From positions 1 through 64,000 of the forward strand of contig JBHGNT010000040.1 in assembly GCA_043228905.1 (NCBI GenBank): a stretch of DNA of 64,000 bases, in the 5' to 3' direction. A model generated the notes under the pieces. It was not told where the DNA came from. It did no database searches and saw nothing but the letters and a program-made list of their open reading frames with translations. Of the stretch, positions 40,888 to 51,105 are shown one piece after another. The stretch's first letter is position 1; each line of letters begins with the position of its first letter. This DNA comes from Azolla caroliniana. Its lineage: Eukaryota; Plantae; Polypodiophyta. The position numbers and the translations under genes are program-made.

Positions 40888-43800
40888 CTCGCATCTTTGA
40901 ACAGTAAAATCCGATATCACACGAGCCAGGTATGACAATGTTAATTTCCTCACGCGATCTTCTCAACTCCCTCCTCTAATTTACTAATTTATTCATGTCT
41001 CTCGACCTGAGTTTCAAAATATTGATTATTTAATTCCATATCATACCTAGTGTTGTTAGCTTCAATTCGGAGGATGGAACACTAAAATCGGATATCACAC
41101 GAGCCAGGTATGAAGATTTTAATTTACTCACGCTCTCTTCTCAGATCCCTCCTCAAATTTTGTAATTTCTTCATGTCTCTCGACCTGAGTTTCAAAATCT
41201 TGATTTTCTAATTCCATATCATAGGTAGTGTTGTTAGCTTCGATTCGCATCTTTGAACAGTAAAATCCGATATCACACGAGCCAGGTATGACTACTTTAA
41301 TTTACTCACGCACTCTTCTCAACTCCCTCCTCTAATTTACTAATTTCTTCATGTCTCTCGACCTGAGTTTCAAAATCTTGATTTTTTAATTTGATATCAT
41401 AGCTAGTGTTATTAGCTTCGATTCGCATGATGGAACACGAAAATCGGATATCACACCAGCCAGGTATGAACATTTTAATTTACTCACTTGCTCTTCTCAA
41501 CTCCCTCCTCAAATTTGGTAATTTCTTCATGTCTCTCGACCTGAGTTTCAAAATCTTGATTTTCTAATTCCATATAATAGGTAGTGTTGTTAGCTTCGAT
41601 TCGCATGTTTGAACACTAAAATCCGATATCACACGACCCAGGTATGACCATTTTAATTTACTCACGCGCTCTTCTCAACTCCCTCCTCTAATTTACTAAT
41701 TTCTTCATGTCTCTTGACCTGAGTTTCAAAATCTTGATTTTCTAATTCCATATCATAGGTAGTGTTATTAGCTTCGATTCGCATCTTTGAACAGTAAAAT
41801 CCGATATCACACGAGCCAGGTATGACAATGTTAATTTCCTCACGCGATCTTCTCAACTCCCTCCTCTAATTTACTAATTTCTTCATGTCTCTCGACCTGA
41901 GTTTCAAAATCTTGATTTTTTAACTCCATATCATAGCTAGTGTTGTTAGCTTCGAGTCGCATGATAGAACACTAAAATCGGATATCACACGAGCCAGGTA
42001 TGAACATTTTAATTTACTCACGAGCTCTTCTCAACTCCCTCCTCAAATTTACTAATTTCTTCATGTCTCTCGACCTGAGTTTCAAAATCTTGATTTTCTA
42101 ATTTCATATCATAGCTAGTGTTGTCAGCTTCGATTCGCATGTTTGAACACAAGAATACGCTATCACACGAGCCAGGTATGACAATTTTCATTTACTCACG
42201 CGCTCTTCTCAACTCCCTCCTCTAATTTACTAATTTCTTCATGTCTCTCGACCTGAGTTTCAAAATGTTGATTTTTTAATTCCATATCATACCTAGTGTT
42301 GTTAGCTTCAATTCGGAGGATGGAACACTAAAATCGGATATCACACGAGCCAGGTATGAACATTTTAATTTACTCACACTCTCTTCTCAGATCCCTCCTC
42401 AAATTTTGTAATTTCTTCATGTCTCTCGACCTGAGTTTCAAAATCTTGATTTTCTAATTCCATATCATAGGTAGTGTTGTTAGCTTCGATTCGCATCTTT
42501 GAACAGTAAAATCCGATATCACACGAGCCAGGTATGACAACTTTAATTTACTCACGCACTCTTCTCAACTCCCTCCTCTAATTTACTAATTTCTTCATGT
42601 CTCTCGACCTGAGTTTCAAAATCTTGATTTTTTAATTCGATATCATAGCTAGTGTTATTAGCTTCGATTCGCATGATGGAACACGAAAATCGGATATCAC
42701 ACCAGCCAGGTATGAACATTTTAATTTACTCACTTGCTCTTCTCAACTCCCTCCTCAAATTTGGTAATTTCTTCATGTCTCTCGACCTGAGTTTCAAATT
42801 CTTGATTTTCTAATTCCATATAATAGCTAGTGTTATTAGCTTCGATTCGCATGGTGGAACACTAAAATCGAATATCACACGACCCAGGTATGAACATTTT
42901 AATTTACTCACGTGCTCTTCTCAACTCCCTCCTCTAATTTATTAATTTATTCATGTCTCGCGACCTGAGTTTCAAAATCTTGATTTTCTAATTCCATATC
43001 ATAGCTAGTGTTGTTAGCATCGATTCGCATGATGGAACACTAAAATCGGATATCCACGAGCCAGGTATGAACATTTTAATTTACTCACGCGCTCTTCTCA
43101 ACTCCCTCCTCAAATTTACTAATTTCTTCATGTCTCTCGACCTGAGTTTCAAAATCTTGATTTTTTAATTCCATATCATAGCTAGTGTTATGAGCTTCGA
43201 TTCGCATGATTGGAACACTAAAATCGGATATCACACGAGCCAGTTATGAACATTTTAATTTACTCACGCGCTCTTCTCAACTCCCTCCTCTAATTTGCTA
43301 ATTTCTTCATGTCTCTCGACCTGAGTTTCAAAATCTTGATTTTCTAATTCCATATCATAGCTAGTGTTGTTAGCTTCGATTCGCATGTTGTATGAACATT
43401 TTAATTTACTCACGCGCTGTTGTCAGCTCCCTCCTGTAATTTACTAATTTTTTCATGTCTCGCGACCTGAGTTTCAAAATCTTGATTTTCTAATTCCATA
43501 TCATAGGTAGTGTTGTTAGCTTCGATTCGCATGTTTCAACACAAAAATCCGATATCACACGAGCCAGGTATGACAATTTTAATTTCCTCACGCGATCTTC
43601 TCAACTCCCTCCTCTAATTTACTAATTTCTTCATGTCTCTCGACCTGAGTTTCAAAATCTTGATTTTTTAACTCCATATCATAGCTAGTGTTGTTAGCTT
43701 CGAGTCGCATGATAGAACTCTAAAATCGGATATCACACGAGCCAGGTATGAACATTTTAATTTACTCACGCGCTCTTCTCAACTCCCTCCTCAAATTTAC

Positions 43801-44005
43801 TAATTTCTTCATGTCTCTCGACCTGAGTTTCAAAATCTTGATTTTCTAATTTCATATCATAGCTAGTGTTGTCAGCTTCGATTCGCATGTTTGAACACAA
43901 AAATACGCTATCACACGAGCCAGGTATGACAATTTTCATTTACTCACGCGCTCTTCTCAACTCCCTCCTCTAATTTACTAATTTCTTCATGTCTCTCGAC
44001 CTAAG

Positions 44006-44047
44006 TTTAGGGTTTAGGGTAGGGTTTAGGGTTTAGGGTTTAGGGTT
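44006..44047 (+). repeat. Interstitial telomeric tract, inverted (copy 2, identical to copy 1)
   Basis: Same tract, same internal TAGGG variant and same two junctions, 3160 bp downstream of copy 1. Confidence 0.95.
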
Positions 44048-47000
44048 CTCGCATCTTTGAACAGTAAAATCCGATATCACACGAGCCAGGTATGACAATG
44101 TTAATTTCCTCACGCGATCTTCTCAACTCCCTCCTCAAATTTTGTAATTTCTTCATGTCTCTCGACCTGAGTTTCAAAATGTTGATTATTTAATTCCATA
44201 TCATACCTAGTGTTGTTAGCTTCAATTCGGAGGATGGAACACTAAAATCGGATATCACACGAGCCAGGTATGAACATTTTAATTTACTCACGCTCTCTTC
44301 TCAGATCCCTCCTCAAATTTTGTAATTTCTTCATGTCTCTCGACCTGAGTTTCAAAATCTTGATTTTTTAACTCCATATCATAGCTAGTGTTGTCAGCTT
44401 CGATTCGCATCTTTGAACAGTAAAATCCGATATCACACGAGCCAGGTATGACAACTTTAATTTACTCACGCACTCTTCTCAACTCCCTCCTCTAATTTAC
44501 TAATTTCTTCATGTCTCTCGACCTGAGTTTCAAAATCTTGCTTTTTTAATTCGATATCATAGCTAGTGTTATTAGCTTCGATACGCATGATGGAACACGA
44601 AAATCGGATATCACACCAGCCAGGTATGAACATTTTAATTTACTCACGAGCTCTTCTCAACTCCCTCCTCAAATTTACTAATTTCTTCATGTCTCTCGAC
44701 CTGAGTTTCAAAATCTTGATTTTCTAATTTCATATCATAGCTAGTGTTGTCAGCTTCGATTCGCATGTTTGAACACAAAAATACGCTATCACACGAGCCA
44801 GGTATGACAATTTTCATTTACTCACGCGCTCTTCTCAACTCCCTCCTCTAATTTACTAATTTCTTCATGTCTCTCGACCTGAGTTTCAAAATGTTGATTT
44901 TTTAATTCCATATCATACCTAGTGTTGTTAGCTTCAATTCGGAGGATGGAACACTAAAATCGGATATCACACGAGCCAGGTATGAACATTTTAATTTACT
45001 CACGCTCTCTTCTCAGATCCCTCCTCAAATTTGCTAATTTCTTCATGTCTCTCGACCTGAGTTTCAAAATCTTCATTTTCTAATTCCATATCATAGCTAG
45101 TGTTGTTAGCTTCGATTCGCATCTTTGAACACTAAAATCCGATATCACATGAGCCAGGTATGAACACTTTAATTTACTCACGCGCTCTTCTCAACTCCCT
45201 CCTCTAATTTGCTAATTTGTTCATGTCTCTCGACCTGAGTTTCAAAATCTTGATTTTCTAATTCCATATCATAGGTAGTGTTGTTAGCTTCGATTCGCAT
45301 CTTTGAACAGTAAAATCCGATATCACACGAGCCAGGTATGACAACTTTAATTTACTCACGCACTCTTCTCAACCCCCTCCTCTAATTTACTAATTTCTTC
45401 ATGTCTCTCGACCTGAGTTTCAAAATCTTGCTTTTTTAATTCGATATCATAGCTAGTGTTATTAGCTTCGATTCGCATGATGGAACACGAAAATCGGATA
45501 TCACACCAGCCAGGTATGAACATTTTAATTTACTCACTTGCTCTTCTCAACTCCCTCCTCAAATTTGGTAATTTCTTCATGTCTCTCGACCTGAGTTTCA
45601 AATTCTTGATTTTCTAATTCCATATAATAGGTAGTGTTGTTAGCTTCGATTTGCATGTTTGAACACTAAAATCCGATATCACACGAGCCAGGTATGACCA
45701 TTTTAATTTACTCACGCGCTCTTCTCAACTCCCTCCTCTACTTTACTAATTTCATCATGTCTCTTGACCTGAGTTTCAAAATCTTGATTTTCTAATTCCA
45801 TATCATAGGTAGTGTTGTTAGCTTCGATTCGCATCTTTGAACAGTAAAATCCGATATCACACGAGCCAGGTATGACAACTTTAATTTACTCACGCACTCT
45901 TCTCAACTCCCTCCTCTAATTTACTAATTTCTTCATGTCTCTCGACCTGAGTTTCAAAATCATGCTTTTTTAATTCGATATCATAGCTAGTGTTATTAGC
46001 TTCGATTCGCATGATGGAACACGAAAATCGGATATCACACCAGCCAGGTATGAACATTTTAATTTACTCACTTGCTCTTCTCAACTCCCTCCTCAAATTT
46101 GGTAATTTCTTCATGTCTCTCGACCTGAGTTTCAAAATCTTGATTTTCTAATTCCATATCATAGCTAGTGTTGTTAGCTTCGATTCGCATGTTTGAACAC
46201 TAAAATCCGATATCACACGACCCAGGTATGACCATTTTAATTTACTCACGCGCTCTTCTCAACTCCCTCCTCTAATTTCCTAATTTCTTCATGTCTCTTG
46301 ACCTGAGTTTCAAAATCTTGATTTTCTAATTCCATATCATAGGTAGTGTTATTAGTTTCGATTCGCATCTTTGAACAGTAAAATCCGATATCACACGAGC
46401 CAGGTATGACAATGTTAATTTCCTCACGCGATCTTCTCAACTCCCTCCTCTAATTTACTAATTTCTTCATGTCTCTCGACCTGAGTTTCAAAATCTTGAT
46501 TTTTTAACTCCATATCATAGCTAGTGTTGTTAGCTTCGAGTCGCATGATAGAACACTAAAATCGGATATCACACGAGCCAGGTATGAACATTTTAATTTA
46601 CTCACGAGCTCTTCTCAACTCCCTCCTCAAATTTACTAATTTCTTCATGTCTCTCGACCTGAGTTTCAAAATCTTGATTTTCTAATTTCATATCATAGCT
46701 AGTGTTGTCAGCTTCGATTCGCATGTTTGAACACAAAAATACGCTATCACACGAGCCAGGTATGACAATTTTCATTTACTCACGCGCTCTTCTCAACTCC
46801 CTCCTCTAATTTACTAATTTCTTCATGTCTCTCGACCTGAGTTTCAAAATGTTGATTTTTTAATTCCATATCATACCTAGTGTTGTTAGCTTCAATTCGG
46901 AGGATGGAACACTAAAATCGGATATCACACGAGCCAGGTATGAACATTTTAATTTACTCACGCTCTCTTCTCAGATCCCTCCTCAAATTTTGTAATTTCT

Positions 47001-49756
47001 TCATGTCTCTCGACCTGAGTTTCAAAATCTTGATTTTCTAATTCCATATCATAGGTAGTGTTGTTAGCTTCGATTCGCATCTTTGAACAGTAAAATCCGA
47101 TATCACACGACCCAGGTATGAACATTTTAATTTACTCACGTGCTCTTCTCAACTCCCTCCTCTAATTTATTAATTTATTCATGTCTCGCGACCTGAGTTT
47201 CAAAATCTTGATTTTCTAATTCCATATCATAGCTAGTGTTGTTAGCATCGATTCGCATGATGGAACACTAAAATCGGATATCACACGAGCCAGGTATGAA
47301 CATTTTAATTTACTCACGCGCTCTTCTCAACTCCCTCCTCAAATTTACTAATTTCTTCATGTCTCTCGACCTGAGTTTCAAAATCTTGATTTTCTAATTC
47401 CATATCATAGCTAGTGTTGTTAGCTTCGATTCGCATCTTTGGACACTAAAATCTGATATCACACGAGCCAGGTACGAACATTTTAATTTACTCACGCGCC
47501 CTTCTCAACTCCCTCCTCTAATTTGCTAATTTCTTCATGTCTCTCGACCTGAGTGTCAAAATCTTGATTTTCTAATTCCATATCATAGGTAGTGTTGTTA
47601 GCTTCGATTCGCATGTTTGAACACAAAAATCCGATATCACACGAGCCAGGTATGACAATTTTAATTACTCACGCAATCTTCTCAACTCCCTCCTCTGATT
47701 TACTAATTTCATCATGTCTCTCGACCTGAGTTTCAAAATCTTGATTTTCTAATTCCATATCATAGCTAGTGTTATTAGTTTCGATTCGCATGATGGAACA
47801 CTAAAATCGAATATCACACATCCCAGGTATGAACATTTTAATTTACTCACGTGCTCTTCTCAACACCCTCCTCTTATTTACTAATTTATTCATGTCTTGC
47901 GACCTGAGTTTCAAAATCTTGACTTTTTAATTCCATATCATAGCTAGTGTTATTAGCTGCGATTCGCATGATTTGAACACTAAAATCGAATATCACACGA
48001 CCCAGGTATGAACATTTTAATTTACTCACGTGCTCTTCTCAACTCCCTCCTCTAATTTATTAATTTATTCATGTCTCACTACCTGAGTTTCAAAATCTTG
48101 ATTTTCTAATTCCATATCATAGCTAGTGTTGTTAGCATCGATTCGCATGGTGGAACACTAAAATCGGATATCACACGAGCCAGGTATAAACATTTTAATT
48201 TACTCACGCGCTCTTCTGAACTCCCTCCTCAAATTTACTAATTTCTTCATGTCTCTCGACCTGAGTTTCGAAATCTTGATTTTCTAATTCCATATCATAG
48301 CTAGTGTTGTTAGCTTCGATTCGCATCTTTGAACACTAAAATCGGATATCACACGAGCCAGTTACGAACATTTTAATTTACTCACGCGCTCTTCTCAACT
48401 CCCTCCTCTAATTTACTAATTTCTTTTTAATTTACTCACGCGCTCTTCTCAACTCCCTCCTCTGATTTACTAATTTTATCATGTCTCTCGACCTGAGTTT
48501 CAAAATCTTGATTTTCTAATTCCATATTATAGCTAGTGTTGTTAGCTTCGATTTGCATCTTTGAACACTAAAATCCGATATAACACGAGCCAGGTACGAA
48601 CATTTTAATTTACTCACGCGCTCTTCTCAAATCCCTCCTCTAATTTGCTAATTTCTTCATGTCTCTCGACCTGAGTGTCAAAATCTTGATTTTTTAATTC
48701 CATATTATAGCTAGTGTTGTTAGCTTCGATTCGCATGTTTGAACACTAAAATCCGATATCACACAAGCCAGGTATGACAATTTTAATTTACTCACGCGCT
48801 CTTCTTAACTCCCTCCTCTAATTTACTAATTTCTTCATGTCTCTCGACCTGAGTTTCAAAATCTTGATTTTCTAATTCCATATCATTGCTAGTGTTGTTA
48901 GCTTCGATTCGCATCTTTGAACACTAAAATCCGATATCACACGAGCCAGTTATGAACATTTTAATTTACTCACGCGCTCTTCTCAACTCCCTCCTCTAAT
49001 TTGCTAATTTCTTCATGTCTCTCGACCTGAGTTTCAAAATCTTGATTTTCTAATTCCATATCATAGCTAGTGTTGTTAGCTTCGATTCGCATGTTTGAAC
49101 ACTAAAATCCGATATCACACAAGCCAGGTATGACAATTTTAATTTACTCACGCGCTCTTCTTAACTCCCTCCTCTAATTTACTAATTTCTTCATGTCTCT
49201 TGACCTGAGTTTCAAAATCTTGATTTTCTAATTCCATATCATTGCTAGTGTTGTTAGCTTCGATTCACATCTTTGAACACTAGAATCCGATATCACACGA
49301 GCCAGGTATGACAACTTTAATTTACTCACGCGCTCTTCTCAACTCCCTTCTCAAATTTGGTAATTTCTTCATGTCTCTCGACCTGAGTTTCAAAATCTTG
49401 ATTTTCTAATTCCATATCATAGCTAGTGTTGTTAGCTTCGATTCGCATGTTTGAACACTAAAGTCCGATATCACACAAGCCAGGTATGACAATTTTAATT
49501 TACTCACGCGCTCTTCTCAACTCCCTCCTCTAATTTACTTATTTCTTCATGTCTCTCGACCTGAGTTTCAAAATCTTTATTTTCTAATTCCATATCATAG
49601 CTAGTGTTGTTAGCTTCGATTCGCATCTTTGAACACTAAAAGCCGGTATCACACGAGCCAGGTATGACAACTTTAATTTACTCACGCGCTCTTCTCAACT
49701 CCCTCCTCAAATTTGGTAATTTCTTCATGTCTCTCGACCTGAGTTTCAAAATCTGG

Positions 49757-51082
49757 CCCTCCCCTCCCCACCCACCATCCAACCTCGCCCTCATAGGAAC
49801 TTTAGAACTGCACTACACAATCTCAAAAAAAATGAAGACATAGTTATTAAACCCGCGGATAAAAATCTAGGCACGTGCATTCTCTCTAAGGATTGGTACC
49901 TTAACGAATGCCTTAGACAGCTCAACGACAAAAACACTTATACCCCCGTCAAAGACGTCCCCCTAGAAACTCTCCACAGTCGACTTGAACACCTATGTCT
50001 GTAAGCTTCCCCCCACCTCTCCAATGAGGAAATTAGATTCCTCCTTCAGAAACCCAAACATGGTTTCAGGATATGTTGTTTCTACATCATCCCCAAAATC
50101 CACAAGCCCATTGTTGTAGGACGCCCTATTTGCGCCTACAACAATTATGTTTTCGAAAGAGCCTCTAAATGGCTACACCATCTACTACATCCTGTCTTAT
50201 TGTCTAAAAAACAACACCTCAAAGACTCCTTAACACTTGTTAAGGACCTAGCACACCACACCTTCCCCAAAACTTGCACGTTGTTTTCTTTTGACGTAGT
50301 GTCACTATATCCCAGTATACCTACCACGGAAGGTCTATTGGTTTTTAAAAAATCTATTTCACATCATTTCCCACCACACAAAACCAAAATCATTATGAGT
50401 GTTGCCGAACTAATACTTAGAAACAATTTTCTCTCCTTTAATAATGCTTTTTGGTTACAAATTAAAGGCACCGCGATGGGTAGTAATTTTGCGGTTGTTT
50501 ACGCTTGCTTGTTTCTTTCGCAGCTAGAGGACGACAACCTAGCTTTCCAAACACCGCAACTACTCTACTACAAACGCTACATTGATGATGCCATAGGAGT
50601 TTGGGAAGGTTCCCCCGATACACTTCACACCTTCTTACACCAATACGGCGTGCCTCTACAACAACACATCCGTATTGAATCAACAACCTCCCCTAAAGAG
50701 ATCACCATCCTGGACGTCGTCTTCTTCAAAGGCCCATACTTTAACGAATTCGGCATCCTCGACACCACATGCCACCAAAAACCTCTCAATGCCTACATGT
50801 ACCTCCCGTGGAAATCCTCGCACCCCATAGCACACAAAAAGGGCTTCATCACGGGCGAACTAAAACGGTATGCTATTCGGGAGAGCTCGGAAAATGGCTA
50901 CATGGAACTACGCAAAAAGTTCTACGACCGCCTAAGAGCTAGGGGCTACCCATCGAAGTTCCTACTCAAGTGTTTTTCGACCGTCCCCTACTCCATACGA
51001 AACCAACTACTCTCTAACCAACCCAACAACAAAAAACCTCCACCCATTGTTTTTAAGCTTCGATACTCCCCTTGTATCAAAA
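49757..51082 (+). mobile_element. Penelope-like retroelement (PLE) fragment, truncated at both ends, embedded in the satellite
   Basis: Non-satellite 1326-bp segment consisting entirely of RT reading frame. Left junction CAAAATCTGG|CCCTCCCC, right junction TATCAAAA|AACTCCCTCCTC. No terminal repeats, target-site duplication or endonuclease domain seen. Confidence 0.85.
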
Positions 51083-51105
51083 AACTCCCTCCTCTAATTT
51101 ACTAA
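49759..51105 (+). pseudogene. PLE-type reverse transcriptase, disrupted (includes ORF-track 50200..51105)
   Basis: One frame carries ALHNLKKNEDIVIKPADKNLG (PLE N-terminal DKG-like motif), FYIIPKIHK..GRPI (motifs 1/2), FSFDVVSLYPSIP (A), QIKGTAMGSNFA (B'), YYKRYIDD (C), ITILDV (E), and the thumb region QKPLNAYMYLPWKSSHP..GFITGELKRY..RLRARGYP. There is an in-frame TAA at 50002-50004 and no native start. The last codons and the stop come from satellite. Confidence 0.88.

Larger units (their letters stand above)
2328..49756 (+). repeat. 178-bp satellite tandem array, telomere-proximal part
   Basis: Head-to-tail monomers with period 178 (GTTTCAAAAT at 2401 and 2579). Consensus read by eye: ATTTTAATTTACTCACGCGCTCTTCTCAACTCCCTCCTCTAATTTACTAATTTCTTCATGTCTCTCGACCTGAGTTTCAAAATCTTGATTTTCTAATTCCATATCATAGCTAGTGTTGTTAGCTTCGATTCGCATGTTTGAACACTAAAATCCGATATCACACGAGCCAGGTATGAAC. 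No orientation switch seen. Confidence 0.97.

Noticed and set aside
2340-46440. Repeated 60-68 aa ORFs (MRRSREEIN.. etc.), and the similar one at 60479-60664
   Set aside because: Chance open frames spanning about one satellite monomer, present or absent according to satellite SNPs. No recognisable domain.
50002-50004. Stop-codon reassignment (TAA=Gln) or programmed readthrough
   Set aside because: A single TAA in about 440 codons of a truncated copy is most simply a nonsense mutation.
50145-50686. Minus-strand ORFs 50145-50327 and 50462-50686
   Set aside because: Antisense shadows of the RT frame, with no motifs.
49759-51105. Host telomerase (TERT) or an intact gene
   Set aside because: No TERT T/CP motifs are visible and the motifs are PLE-type. 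The frame is truncated at both ends, has an internal TAA, and the ORF-track start is a TTG in mid-domain.
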